Shown: positions 38,629 through 49,548, counted from the stretch's first letter. The stretch is DNA of 64,000 nt from an uncultured Clostridia bacterium (GCA_904501765.1 CAJGCM010000001.1:7257-71256); one strand, 5' to 3'. Program-made: numbers and translations. The notes: generated by a model not told the origin, from the sequence alone.

Positions 38629-41469
38629 TTACGCGCCTCCTTCTACTCTAGTTATTGAAAGTGAGACCGGAATGGTCACTTCACAGTGATTCTGGCTAAA
38701 CGATACTGTGACCTGAGCCCAGTATCCTGTACCAGAAGGTTCTCTTACATACACATCGCCGAGCCATCTCTGGAGGCGACGTAATGCGTAGATGGTCTCG
38801 ACATCATTCTTGTCGATAACCATACTCCAGCTCGAAGACGAGCCGAGATGTGTTCCGTAATAACTCACGGGATGAGAGCGTCCGATATACTCAACCAACT
38901 TATAATCGGGTTTTGTGCTATCAGACACATCGATGTTATACGGGAGCTTAAGCATAGACCCAGACAGAGCCGGATCAACAGGGGCTACGTCTTCAAGAGC
39001 GTCGAAGTTGGTAGCCTGCTCGTCCCACTGTAATACGGCAGCTATTCCGCCAACCGGATATGCGGGACAGTCGAAGTATTCGATATGACCCGTAGTCTTA
39101 TCGGCGGCTACGATTCTGTATCTAGCATAATCAAGAGCCGGATGAGGGTCAGTCACCGTGGTTCTGCTAGCCGCATCGAGATTTGTAGCGATTTCTGTAA
39201 ATCGGCCATCGAACTCACGTCTGTAAACAGAGAGCCAAACGTCTTCCACAAGGGTGCGCTTTTCGATCACTGCGAACAGTATTTCATTACCGCTATCGTC
39301 CACTCCAGAATACACGGGTTCACCAGTCTCAAGGGTCACCGCACGTTTATTATTACCACTTCCAGTGGTCACAACGTCGCCGTAAGTATAACCGATCGGT
39401 TCGGCATCTTTCAGCGTGTAGTTTCCGGAAGTCAACTCCACAATCCGATACTCAACATCAACGGTCTCGCAATAAGGCCGGATGGACGCGGTGAGGTTTT
39501 CCTTATCTACGCCGATCTCAGCATTAGGCTCACACGCAGCGACGGACCAGTCTACTGTGAAAGTAGTGTTAGCTTCCGCGGTCAATCCAGAGGACATAGA
39601 CACAATGCAGTTGACGAGGTACTTCATGCCATTTTCGAGGGTAACGTTGCTGGGAAGCAACTCTACAGCAACACTCCCTTCGACGTTGGGGTCGGCATAG
39701 CGAGAATATACCTCATCACCAGCATTAACCATTTTGAAGTTTCCGAACGGATCTGTAGTTTCATAACCCTCGTCAGCCGTAATAGAGATATGATAACTAG
39801 TAGGCCATTGTACACCATCGTTGACTGGCGATGCTGCGGCGTGAATGAACACCGGGAAACTGTTCAGAACACCCTCGTTTAATTCGGGCATGCTCAAATC
39901 AAGTGTCGGAGTTGAATACACACTGATTGTTCTGGGAGTAGACCAGGGGCTATATACAGGATTGCCATCATCGTCGTTAAGTACGCCAGCGGTACACATA
40001 CGCCACTCTATCGAAGCGCCATTGGTGAAATTTAACGTTTTAAGCGTACACTCATAAGTAGGCTCACTCTCGTAATCCTCTACCACTTTGGGAACATAAT
40101 CGATGTAGTCGGTATGCACCTCAGTCTTACCAAGGGTTACGACAACAGGTTCGTCTAGAGGTTTACCAGGAACACCTCTAAGCTCCAATTGAGCGGAGGT
40201 CTGTCTAGACTCATCTTTGGAGTTATGTATCCAGTATAGGACCGCATTTTTACCGTCTTTTTCAACCACTTTTGACGAAGACGACCAAGTGGTCGGAGCA
40301 GACGGCTTTATACCCACCACTACCGACTTAATGCCAGTCCAGTGAGATGCTATGCTTTCGTTCCAGGCTCGAATACGGAAGAAGTACTCTTTACCGGCGT
40401 CTACACTAATGAACTGGGACGTAGCGGGGTCCTTTTTAGTAGTACCTTGTTCGCCAACCACGTCTACCTTCTGGACGTTATCGGACGTGTCGAAGTATCG
40501 CTTATCCTCGGTATACTGAATTTCGTACTTGGTAGCCGTGGTAACCTTGCCCCATGCGATATATACCTCGCTCGGGGAGTTTGCTCTAAGAGTAGTTATT
40601 CCGCTAGGAGCTACAGGCTTCGTAGTTACGTTATCCGACCACTTAGACCACTCGCTGTAAACGTCTCGAGATTTAATATATACTCGAGCAGCACATTTGT
40701 ACTTACTATCGTTTCCGCCAGAGTGTTCGTAAGAAGCAACCCCACCCACCAACGCTACCTTAGCAGGAGTTATGGTTTGTTTTGGGTCATCATTCTTTTG
40801 AATCTTAAACTGAACATGAGTAATACCGTCAAGATTAACGTCATCGTATCGAACAGTGGCTTTTACTTTTGCACCGTTCACCTCTACGGACGGTTCGGCA
40901 GGGGCCGCCGGAGCGGCACCCTTATCCCAATATTTGAACGCCGTCCAAGAAGCTGTCCAACGGGCAGTTTCTTTACCCTTTGAATCCTTCTTTTTCTTAG
41001 CGATAGGTATGACTCTGAAACGAACGCGAGTGGCGTCAGCGGGGATACTATAAGTAGTCTGTCTAGAAACATGCCTGCTCAGATCATCGACGCTGTTGCT
41101 GCCAATAGTTTCTCCAATCCAGAGACCAGAGCCGTTAGCGTAACCCCACTCGTATTTATAACTCTCGGTTTCGGTTTCCTTAGCCCAAGTCCACTCAACA
41201 ATAAGCTCGTTGGGGTCTTTTGAGTTAACGCCGAAATAAGTAATTACGCAAACGTTAGTGGGGGCTTTGGCGGAACTAGAAGAACCGCCGCTACCCCCGG
41301 AGGTGGTCGGGTTATACAGTTTTAATACCTGACCGACGTAGATGCGATTCGGGTTCGCGATATTATTCCAGTTAGCAAGCTGTTTGTACTTGCTAGCCGA
41401 TCCTAAATATTTCTGGGCGATTTCCGATAGAGTATCGCCGCTTTTTACGGTATACGTATTATTCGCCAT
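38629..41469 (-). CDS. Enlarged distal tail (Dit-position) protein with N-terminal LysM domain and FN3/Ig-like repeats
   Basis: LysM: YTVKSGDTLSEIAQKYLGSASKYKQLANWNNIANPNRIYVGQVLKL. Lies immediately downstream of the tape measure. 946 aa. Confidence 0.65.
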   Translation of the reverse strand: MANNTYTVKSGDTLSEIAQKYLGSASKYKQLANWNNIANPNRIYVGQVLKLYNPTTSGGSGGSSSSAKAPTNVCVITYFGVNSKDPNELIVEWTWAKETETESYKYEWGYANGSGLWIGETIGSNSVDDLSRHVSRQTTYSIPADATRVRFRVIPIAKKKKDSKGKETARWTASWTAFKYWDKGAAPAAPAEPSVEVNGAKVKATVRYDDVNLDGITHVQFKIQKNDDPKQTITPAKVALVGGVASYEHSGGNDSKYKCAARVYIKSRDVYSEWSKWSDNVTTKPVAPSGITTLRANSPSEVYIAWGKVTTATKYEIQYTEDKRYFDTSDNVQKVDVVGEQGTTKKDPATSQFISVDAGKEYFFRIRAWNESIASHWTGIKSVVVGIKPSAPTTWSSSSKVVEKDGKNAVLYWIHNSKDESRQTSAQLELRGVPGKPLDEPVVVTLGKTEVHTDYIDYVPKVVEDYESEPTYECTLKTLNFTNGASIEWRMCTAGVLNDDDGNPVYSPWSTPRTISVYSTPTLDLSMPELNEGVLNSFPVFIHAAASPVNDGVQWPTSYHISITADEGYETTDPFGNFKMVNAGDEVYSRYADPNVEGSVAVELLPSNVTLENGMKYLVNCIVSMSSGLTAEANTTFTVDWSVAACEPNAEIGVDKENLTASIRPYCETVDVEYRIVELTSGNYTLKDAEPIGYTYGDVVTTGSGNNKRAVTLETGEPVYSGVDDSGNEILFAVIEKRTLVEDVWLSVYRREFDGRFTEIATNLDAASRTTVTDPHPALDYARYRIVAADKTTGHIEYFDCPAYPVGGIAAVLQWDEQATNFDALEDVAPVDPALSGSMLKLPYNIDVSDSTKPDYKLVEYIGRSHPVSYYGTHLGSSSSWSMVIDKNDVETIYALRRLQRWLGDVYVREPSGTGYWAQVTVSFSQNHCEVTIPVSLSITRVEGGA

Positions 41470-41470
41470 C

Positions 41471-44400
41471 TTACGTCCTCCTTTCTATTCTAGCAGCCCG
41501 TACGAGAGTCTGAACTGCTGCACTAACGTTACTTCCGTCATCGTAGGTGATGCCGTTGATGTTGTAGGATGTGTTGCTCATATTACCGATCTCGCTACGA
41601 AGCTTGCTCAGCTCAGAAACAACATCATCATTTCCTCTATTTTGACTGTAGCGACTCATCATACCACCGATGCGGCTAGCGTTAGCTACTACACCGATAG
41701 AGGATTCGGTATTGAGTAAGCTACCAATGGTACTTGCGCCAGCACGTACATCACTAAGGTCCATGATAGGACGGATAGTCGGCTGAGCGTCGATGTCGGA
41801 AGTGACAATATCGGAAATCTTGGAAATGGATTTACTGACACTGTTGATAGCAGTAGACGCCATATCTCTGGAAGCACCCGTTACAGCACTCCCCATCATT
41901 CCGATACCAATCGCAAAGCCTTCGGGCACAGATGTACCAAGCTTACGGAAGACCTTGGAAGGCGAGTTGACATCGAGCTCCTCTTTAGCAGCTTTTTCGG
42001 CAGCGTTTGCCATAGCTCGAGCTTTGGCTTCTGCATACCATGTTTGTTCAGTGATTCCGTCACCGAAACCGGTAGCCAGTTCTTTGCCCACGGTTTTCAT
42101 AGCACTCTTTTTTTCCTTAGCGCCATCAGAGGCTTTACCGGCTAGAGCCTTGGCTGCAGATTGAAGATCTGTCTTAGCAGATTCGCTGGTAAAAGCACCA
42201 ACGAACTTCTTAACAGCATCCTCGCCGACTTTCTTAAGGTTCTTGGCAAAGTCTTTCAGAACGCCGCTGTTAGCGTCACCGATTTTCCTAGTTGCATCTA
42301 ACAGTTTATCGATGTTAGAAACAGCTGTGGATACGCTGTCTTTACTAGGCATACCAGTGCAGAACTTCTTAAGATTCTCAGCAAAGTCGGGGAGTTTCTT
42401 ACCGAAACCGGAAATGTTCTTCTTTGCGGCTTCGAGATCGACGTTTGCTAGACCGGTAAGTGCTCTTATCGCAGAAACACCTGCGTAAACGGTAGATACT
42501 TGGGCGTCAGAAAACGTTCCGAGCTTATCAACAAAACCCTTAATACCCTCACCAACACTCGGGAACTTTGTCGCGAAAGTACCCAGGTCGTTATCACCAA
42601 CTATTGCGGCCAATAAACCGCCGGTGTTGGGAATCTCATTAGACGCGCTCGCCAATTCTTTAATAGCGTTAGCCGCACATTCGACAGTTGCGGTCTGGGC
42701 CGCATCGAAAGTACCTATATTGGTTAAGAAACTTTTAATTCCAATTCCGAGTAACGGGAACTGTAGTGCAAAGGTTGCTAGACCGTTGTCACCAACAATA
42801 GCAGCTAAGAGGCCGCCCATGTTAGGAATCTCAGAAGAGGCAGATGCGAGAGACTCGACAGCGCTAGCTGCGCATTCAACTGTAGAGACCTGCTCCTCAG
42901 TGAAGGTACCCACATTATCGAGGAATCCACGGAGACCAGTGCCTAGTACGGGGAATTGTGACGAAAATGTAGCTAGATCATTTTCACCGACTATGGAAGC
43001 TAAGAGACCGCCCATATTAGGGATCTCAGATGCGGCTTCTGCTAAAGATTTGACAGCGCTCGCTGCACAGTTCACCGTTGTAACTTGCTCCTCACTGAAG
43101 GTACCGACGTTGTCGAGGAATCCTCTGAGGCCTCGTCCAAGGAACGGGAACTGACCGGCGAATACGCCGAGGTCATTCTCACCGACCAGGGATGCAAGTA
43201 GACCGCCACTGTTTGGAATCTCTGCCGCAGCCGCAGACAACGTCTTAACGGCTTCAGCGGCGAACTTAACAGTAGTCATCTGTTCCTCAGTGAAAACACC
43301 GAGGCTGCTCGAGAACGATGCGAGACCTTGACCAAGTAGAGGTAACTGTTCAGCAAAGCCGGCCAGAGAAGAACCACCCGTTAACCAGGAAGTCAACCCT
43401 TCAATAACATTAGCTGCGGTAAGTATCAGTACTGTCTCAGCTAACATTTTGACGCCAGTCATCATGTCTTCGCTAATCATAGAAGCGCCCATAATAAACG
43501 GCATAGCGTTCATCATGAACATAGACAGCTGAGTGCCGAGATCAGCAAAGGAGGAACCGCCTTGGAGGAAAGACAGAACGCCGGTGATTAGATCAGCCGC
43601 TGTGAGGGCAATGATTGCTCCAGCAAGAATACCAACGCCAGCGAGTACCTTTCCGTCGACCATTTTGGCACCATCGATAAACGGTGTTGCATTAGTCATA
43701 AATTCGCTAAGCATGGTACCGAGATGCGGCAGAGTAGACGCTACTTGGGTTATAATGCCGCCGACGAACGCACCGATCATTTCGCCGATTCCGCCAGCCA
43801 GTTTGATCAGGATGGGCAGACCAATGTTGAGGAAATTCTCAAGATCGCCTGTTAAATCCTGTATACCACCTATGGCGACAGCTACCGAGCCGATAGCTAG
43901 CATCAACGGTAGCAACAAGCTCATACCGATAGTCAGCAACGGCATCATGGCGAACACCGCGAGAACTTCGAGTAAACCAGCAGAGGAAACTGTAGTCGTG
44001 AACGCCGCGATCATTTGCGCAATTGCATCAGCAAGCTGTAAAATCACGGGCATGCCGGTTTCTAGGAACCCTTGGAAACCTGGTAACGTATCCATCAATG
44101 CGCCGATGCCTGCAGCAACAGCTCCTATAGTCAGCATCAGCGGCAATAACAGGGCCATACCAACGACAAGCATCGGCATCATAGCAAACACTGCCAGAAC
44201 CTTAAGTAAGCCGGCTTCAGATACACTAGTCGTAAATGCAGCGATCATGTCTCCAACGCCTTGTGCGAGTTGGATTAGGACTGCAATACCAGTATCAACG
44301 AACTGTTGCATACCAGGAACAGTGCTCACCAGTGCGCCAAGACCAATGGTCATAGCCGCTAGCGCAGCAACAAGCACCGCCATAACTGCGATACCGTACA

Positions 44401-47400
44401 ATGCCGGTACTGCGATCACTCCGATTAATGCTAGCGGGAGTAGGAGCAATGTAATACCACCGACAAATATTAATAGTGCTTTAATAATTCCGGTAGCATT
44501 CTCAAGTCCACTCATACTGGCTAGAATAAACGCTGCACCCGCGAGGGGGATGAGCAACAGCGTTAGTAGGCCGATACCCTTTAATATTCCAACACCGTTA
44601 CTATTGATAAGCTTGCTCACAGCAGCTAGAATGGCTATCGTACCCGCCATAGCCCCCATCATTATACTTAACGCGATAGCGGCAGGGATAACCGCGTCGA
44701 CATTTGTCAACTTGTTTGCCATAACGGTAATGATGGCGGCGAGCAAACCAACAACAACCACTAGTGTCGCCATGGGGGCTACGATTTTCTTGAAATTGAC
44801 GCTCGCGATATATTTCGTAGCAAACATAAGTAAAGCCACCATGCCGATAACTGCCGACAACGCTGCGGATGCTACGGCGATCTTATCTGTCTTCAGGTAG
44901 GACATAGCGATAAGTAAGCCGCCCAGCAATGCGATTATTCCTGCTATGACGAGCAAGTTTGACATGCCAGCTTTACTGAACTTGGTCGACTTAGTAACCG
45001 CCATCAACCCAGCCATCATAGCCGACAGGATTCCGACAAAGAGCACTCCTTTTACTAGCTGCTTAACGGGGACGAATCCCAGCGCAATGGCTACCGCGGC
45101 TAATATACCGATTGCTCCGGCCACGGCTAAAAGACACGAGCCGGCGTTTTCGACTTTTTTACGACCACCAAGAAGTTTCGTAGCGGCCATGAGTCCGACC
45201 ATGATAGCGGACATAGCAGTGACGGCGGCGAGACCTCGTTTTAACCCGTCTTCCGGAACTATACCTAATAAAGCGACTACCAGCCCCATTGTTCCGATCG
45301 CGACAGCAACGCCAAGTAAAGCGCCACCAATCTTCCCGACGTTACTACCCGTTCCGATTAGCTTAGTCGCTGCCATAAGACCCACAATCATGAGCGATAG
45401 TGCGGCAACTACCTTAGTGCCACGATCGAGTTCGCCAGGGTCCATACCACCAATCAGACGGACCGTCAGACCCATGATAGCGATTGCCACAGCCACGCCC
45501 ATTAAAGCTTTGCCTATCTTATCGACATTGCTGCCGCTACCTATCAGTCTAGTTGCGAACATAAGGCCGACAATGAGGGCGGAGAATGTGGTTATTGCAT
45601 CAATACCTCGCTGGAGTTTGCTGGGTTTCATGCCTCCGATGAGTCTGACAGTCAGACCCATAATGGCTATCGCACCGGCAACACCTAGCATGGCGGTTCC
45701 TATTTTAGCAACATTCGAGCCGGTTCCGATGAGTTTAGTGGCGGCCATAAGACCGACAATAAGACCGGATAGCAGCACTACCGTCTCGATGCCACGTTGG
45801 AGCTTTTCGGGTTTCATACCACCCAATAACTTCACAACGATCGCCAAGATAGCGATACCAGCAGCCAACTTGAATATAGTAGCTCCAAAGCTGCCCGTGT
45901 TAAATTTGTTCAGCAATCCGAGGGTTACGGAAAGAGCGATTAGACCTAATACGATGCCGCCGAGCAGCGTGAAACCCCTAAGAGCTTCTTCCTTGTTGAG
46001 ACCACTAAGCATCTTAAGCGTCGCACCAATCAATAATATGGCTACGCCAAGACCCAGAAGACCGGACATCAGACCGTCGGCTTTAAAACCGTTCTTAAAA
46101 TCGAAAGAAGCGGATGACTTATTCACGAGATTCATCAGGATCATTAGTCCAACTAGGACTAATCCAATAGCCGCTACAATACCGAGGGCTGCCAGGATCT
46201 TCTTAGGATCAAAGAACGTCAGCACAATGATGGCGGCAATCAGAAGCACCAGCGACTTGACAAAGATTTGGAAACCTTCCATTCTAGTCTTAAACGCTTC
46301 GGCTTTAAGATTCTTAGCAAAACCGTCTACTACTTTTTTGAAATTCTTAGCGTTATCTTCAAGGATTTCAGTTGCAGCTCCGAACAGATCACCTAGACCC
46401 TCCATAGGGGCGGCAAACTTGTCGATAATGTCTAGCACTTTCTTAATTATCAGTACTATACCGGTACCCATGACTGCGGCAAAGACCTGGCCTAGATCAA
46501 TACTCTTAATCCACTCTATGATAGGCTTAAAGAAATTCGAGAACCCTTGCAGAATTCCGCCTTCTCCATTTTGAAGCGAACCGAGGATACCCCCGATTAA
46601 GCCGGATACAATAAATCCACCGATTGCGATGAATACGGTAGAGGGGGAATGGATTCCTAAGAGATCCTTAACCTTTTGCACAAGGTTCTTAACCATAGCA
46701 ACCGCTGCTTCCCAAACAGAAGTTGCCTTATCCTGTAGACCCTGAGTAAGACCGTCTACGGAGTCTGAAGAGATCTCCTCGAAAGTTGCTCGACTCAAGA
46801 ATCCCTTAATCTTATCGCGAACCATCTTACCTAGTTCGACAACAACATCGACGGCGACTTGACATCCATTCCGTAGCTTATCTATAAACCCACCTAGGGG
46901 AGACTCGGAAAGTCCAGCAAAACCATTAGAGATATTCTCCGGCAAATTCTTAAAGAAATCTTTAACCGCCGTCCAGGCTTTCTTAAGACCATTCGCGATA
47001 CCCATAGCAATATCTCTAGGGAGATTCTTAGATTCCTTAAGCTTACCGATCCAATCTTTGAACGCAGAAAGAGCGTCTTTAATAGGCGGGACGATTTTCT
47101 CGAATATTTCGGTGAAATCGAGAGCGCCATCGATACCATCTCGAATTTTAACGATGAGTTCACCAAGTCCACCAGCTATGTCTAGCACGCTTATACCGAG
47201 TACTTTGCACAGCTGGGTGATCATTTTGAAGACAAACTTCAAAGGCCCGGCCGTTAAAGTAATGACTATATCGAGGGCGGCAAACAGACCCTCAAACACA
47301 CTCTTGATGTTTTCGCCATTTTTAGTCAGTTCGCCAGTCTCTTTATCAACGATAGTTAGTGAGTCGGTAAACTCCTTGAGAGAGCGAATAACACCATACA

Positions 47401-49159
47401 GACGTATACCGAGAACTTCGGCAGAAGGAATGTTGAATATTTCGCCAAAAGCTTTCTTAGCCGCCCCTGCTATTTCACCGATAAGTTTTCCTACATTCTT
47501 GAACGAATCGATTAGCATCGTTCGTCCGTCGGCTTTGGACATTTCTTCAGCAAATTCCCCAACAGACTTACCCGCCTTAGCCGCTTCTTCCTCAAGGGCT
47601 CTATATAAGCGGATTTCATCTTCGGTGAGACCGGCGTCAATCAGTTTCTGATCAGAAAGGTTATTGAACGCTTCTACGGCGTTCTCGGTTTCTTCCGTTG
47701 TTAACTCTATAGTTTTGTTATACTTCTTATGGGCTTTCTCTACATCTTCGGCCGTAAGCTTATACGTCTTACCTGCCTTATGAGCTTCTTCGCCCAGATT
47801 GACCAAGTATTGGACAACTTTGGGATCGTAACCGGCTTTCTTCAACAAATCACGCCGGTCGGGATTATCGCCCCAATTATTAAACTTACCAAGCCAAACC
47901 TTATCGACAACATCCTGGAAATACTCGAGGGTTCCGGTGACCTTGGATACAACGTCGGATACCTTGGAAATCTTACCAGCAATCTCCTTCCAAGGTTTAG
48001 CAAAGTCGAGGGCAATTTGCAAGATACGATTGCGCCAATTAGACATCTTATCGACAAACCCAGTAAGCATGTTAGCGAGAGGCGTCAGTAAGTTTTTGGC
48101 TTTTTCAAAGTCGCCGATGATGAGCTTCCAGGTCTGAGACCAACCAGACTGAGCGGACTCCTTAAGAACATCCCACATCTGACTGAATGTCTTAACCTCG
48201 GTTGCGGCGGCCGTTGCTTCGGTACCAAGTTCGAATAGCTGATCGATCTGCTTATCGGTATATCCAAGCGACTTTAACCGTTCTCGATTTGCCGCTTGCT
48301 CTTCTTTTGTCATTGTCTTAGTCGACAAGGTGTAATGATCCAAGGCTTCTGCCATTAAGTCAGCAGTCAACCAACCACTTTTAAGTGTCTCTCGAAGACT
48401 GCCTTCCTTCTTGATCATATCGTCAACGGCAATACCATGCGCTCTCGCAGTAATCTTGATAGTATCTTGAAAGCGCTCGCCAGCAATATTAGCAGTCTCG
48501 AGAGATTTCCAGTCCATCAATTTGACAGAGCCAGCAGACATAGCCTGGGACAGCTGATACATAGCGCCCGATGTTTTAGTTGCATCGGCTCCAGCCATGG
48601 CAGCGGCATTAGAAAAACCTTTAATAGCAGAGACCGACTCGTCCAAACCAATACCGGCATTTGTAAACAAGCCGATGTTCTTGGTCATTTCAGTGAAGTT
48701 ATAAATAGTCTGGTCTGCGTATTTATTAAGTTCTTCTAGAGCGGCGTTAACGTCATCCAGATCCTTACCCTTATGTTTTACGTTAGCCAGAATAGTCTGA
48801 GTTGCATTAATCTGGGTTTCATATTCGCTAAAACCAGTAGTAACAGGATCGAGCGTGAGAGCTTTAACCATTCTCTTACCTGCGTTGACGGCAGAGTTGG
48901 TAATGTTAGCGAGTGCTGTGACAGCCATGACTTGCATCGCGGAGAATTTAGCAGTAACATTCTCTACTCCGCTACCAAGTCCGTTGAGATTAACATTCTT
49001 AGCAGCGGTACCTACGTTCTCAAGACCCTTAGAGGCTCCGCTGAACGTTAATTTTTCTTTTAATTTGTCTAATGTAGACATCGTGGTGGCAGTGTTACGT
49101 TCGAACTGTTTATTGTCGAACTGTAACGAGACCACTCTTTGGTCTAAAGTTGTACTCAT
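41471..49159 (-). CDS. Tape measure protein, 2562 aa, with an exceptionally long hydrophobic repeat core
   Basis: Position after the chaperones. N-terminal TMP-type helical region. Several internal tandem repeat families. Confidence 0.9.
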   Translation of the reverse strand: MSTTLDQRVVSLQFDNKQFERNTATTMSTLDKLKEKLTFSGASKGLENVGTAAKNVNLNGLGSGVENVTAKFSAMQVMAVTALANITNSAVNAGKRMVKALTLDPVTTGFSEYETQINATQTILANVKHKGKDLDDVNAALEELNKYADQTIYNFTEMTKNIGLFTNAGIGLDESVSAIKGFSNAAAMAGADATKTSGAMYQLSQAMSAGSVKLMDWKSLETANIAGERFQDTIKITARAHGIAVDDMIKKEGSLRETLKSGWLTADLMAEALDHYTLSTKTMTKEEQAANRERLKSLGYTDKQIDQLFELGTEATAAATEVKTFSQMWDVLKESAQSGWSQTWKLIIGDFEKAKNLLTPLANMLTGFVDKMSNWRNRILQIALDFAKPWKEIAGKISKVSDVVSKVTGTLEYFQDVVDKVWLGKFNNWGDNPDRRDLLKKAGYDPKVVQYLVNLGEEAHKAGKTYKLTAEDVEKAHKKYNKTIELTTEETENAVEAFNNLSDQKLIDAGLTEDEIRLYRALEEEAAKAGKSVGEFAEEMSKADGRTMLIDSFKNVGKLIGEIAGAAKKAFGEIFNIPSAEVLGIRLYGVIRSLKEFTDSLTIVDKETGELTKNGENIKSVFEGLFAALDIVITLTAGPLKFVFKMITQLCKVLGISVLDIAGGLGELIVKIRDGIDGALDFTEIFEKIVPPIKDALSAFKDWIGKLKESKNLPRDIAMGIANGLKKAWTAVKDFFKNLPENISNGFAGLSESPLGGFIDKLRNGCQVAVDVVVELGKMVRDKIKGFLSRATFEEISSDSVDGLTQGLQDKATSVWEAAVAMVKNLVQKVKDLLGIHSPSTVFIAIGGFIVSGLIGGILGSLQNGEGGILQGFSNFFKPIIEWIKSIDLGQVFAAVMGTGIVLIIKKVLDIIDKFAAPMEGLGDLFGAATEILEDNAKNFKKVVDGFAKNLKAEAFKTRMEGFQIFVKSLVLLIAAIIVLTFFDPKKILAALGIVAAIGLVLVGLMILMNLVNKSSASFDFKNGFKADGLMSGLLGLGVAILLIGATLKMLSGLNKEEALRGFTLLGGIVLGLIALSVTLGLLNKFNTGSFGATIFKLAAGIAILAIVVKLLGGMKPEKLQRGIETVVLLSGLIVGLMAATKLIGTGSNVAKIGTAMLGVAGAIAIMGLTVRLIGGMKPSKLQRGIDAITTFSALIVGLMFATRLIGSGSNVDKIGKALMGVAVAIAIMGLTVRLIGGMDPGELDRGTKVVAALSLMIVGLMAATKLIGTGSNVGKIGGALLGVAVAIGTMGLVVALLGIVPEDGLKRGLAAVTAMSAIMVGLMAATKLLGGRKKVENAGSCLLAVAGAIGILAAVAIALGFVPVKQLVKGVLFVGILSAMMAGLMAVTKSTKFSKAGMSNLLVIAGIIALLGGLLIAMSYLKTDKIAVASAALSAVIGMVALLMFATKYIASVNFKKIVAPMATLVVVVGLLAAIITVMANKLTNVDAVIPAAIALSIMMGAMAGTIAILAAVSKLINSNGVGILKGIGLLTLLLIPLAGAAFILASMSGLENATGIIKALLIFVGGITLLLLPLALIGVIAVPALYGIAVMAVLVAALAAMTIGLGALVSTVPGMQQFVDTGIAVLIQLAQGVGDMIAAFTTSVSEAGLLKVLAVFAMMPMLVVGMALLLPLMLTIGAVAAGIGALMDTLPGFQGFLETGMPVILQLADAIAQMIAAFTTTVSSAGLLEVLAVFAMMPLLTIGMSLLLPLMLAIGSVAVAIGGIQDLTGDLENFLNIGLPILIKLAGGIGEMIGAFVGGIITQVASTLPHLGTMLSEFMTNATPFIDGAKMVDGKVLAGVGILAGAIIALTAADLITGVLSFLQGGSSFADLGTQLSMFMMNAMPFIMGASMISEDMMTGVKMLAETVLILTAANVIEGLTSWLTGGSSLAGFAEQLPLLGQGLASFSSSLGVFTEEQMTTVKFAAEAVKTLSAAAAEIPNSGGLLASLVGENDLGVFAGQFPFLGRGLRGFLDNVGTFSEEQVTTVNCAASAVKSLAEAASEIPNMGGLLASIVGENDLATFSSQFPVLGTGLRGFLDNVGTFTEEQVSTVECAASAVESLASASSEIPNMGGLLAAIVGDNGLATFALQFPLLGIGIKSFLTNIGTFDAAQTATVECAANAIKELASASNEIPNTGGLLAAIVGDNDLGTFATKFPSVGEGIKGFVDKLGTFSDAQVSTVYAGVSAIRALTGLANVDLEAAKKNISGFGKKLPDFAENLKKFCTGMPSKDSVSTAVSNIDKLLDATRKIGDANSGVLKDFAKNLKKVGEDAVKKFVGAFTSESAKTDLQSAAKALAGKASDGAKEKKSAMKTVGKELATGFGDGITEQTWYAEAKARAMANAAEKAAKEELDVNSPSKVFRKLGTSVPEGFAIGIGMMGSAVTGASRDMASTAINSVSKSISKISDIVTSDIDAQPTIRPIMDLSDVRAGASTIGSLLNTESSIGVVANASRIGGMMSRYSQNRGNDDVVSELSKLRSEIGNMSNTSYNINGITYDDGSNVSAAVQTLVRAARIERRT
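42440..43420. repeat. About 5 tandem 195-bp (65-aa) repeats inside the tape measure gene
   Basis: Phase markers at 42516, 42711, 42906, 43101 and 43296. Protein unit GTF(S/T)EEQ..TV.CAA.AVK.LA.A..EIPN.GGLLA.IVG.N.L..F...FP.LG.G...F. Confidence 0.8.
44890..46005. repeat. About 6 tandem 186-bp (62-aa) repeats inside the tape measure gene, each encoding two hydrophobic helices
   Basis: Three well conserved units are phased at 45445, 45631 and 45817 (GGM(K/D)P.(K/E)L.RG...V...S.LIVGLM.AT(K/R)LIG(T/S)GSNV.KIG.A(L/M)(L/M)GVA.AI..MGL.V.L(I/L)G). They are flanked by degenerate copies. Confidence 0.8.
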
Positions 49160-49536
49160 AGCTTAGTGACCTCCCCCCACGCATCTTGTACAATTCTATC
49201 GAACACGGGCTGTATAGCTGGATTGATATAGTCTCGTCCTTCGACCCAACCGCCTGTGCCGGTACCGTGACCGTATTGTAGGATAATGGCGATGGGAACT
49301 CCATTTTGAACATTGGAATTACAAAAGACTATGCTTGCGCCCGTACTTGTCTGCTCGACCTTGTAATACCAAGACCGAGCAGTTAAGCCGGAGTCGACCG
49401 GGGTTGCAGACGAAAGAGCGGCGACGCCTTGCTCTCCATACTTGTTAAGCACCCCGAGACGAGCTGCGATCTTGGCATTTTTCAAGAAGCGCTTCGTGTT
49501 TAGGAAGTCGCCGTCAAGTCTGAACCCTATTTTCAT
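49156..49536 (-). CDS. HK97 gp10-like (neck / tail-completion family) protein
   Basis: PVDSGLTARSWYYKV ... ILQYGHGTGTGGWVEGRDYINPA resembles the gp10 family (TG.L..S ... EYG). The stop overlaps the tape measure ATG. Confidence 0.55.
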   Translation of the reverse strand: MKIGFRLDGDFLNTKRFLKNAKIAARLGVLNKYGEQGVAALSSATPVDSGLTARSWYYKVEQTSTGASIVFCNSNVQNGVPIAIILQYGHGTGTGGWVEGRDYINPAIQPVFDRIVQDAWGEVTKL

Positions 49537-49548
49537 ATGGTCTTCTCC

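Noticed and set aside
42624-46574. Long plus-strand ORFs (42624..43154, 43533..44900, 44946..46574) opposite the tape measure gene.
   Set aside because: They are antisense shadows of a Gly/Ala-rich gene. They have low-complexity Pro/Ser/Ala-rich translations, no SD sequences, and would run against the uniform minus-strand operon.
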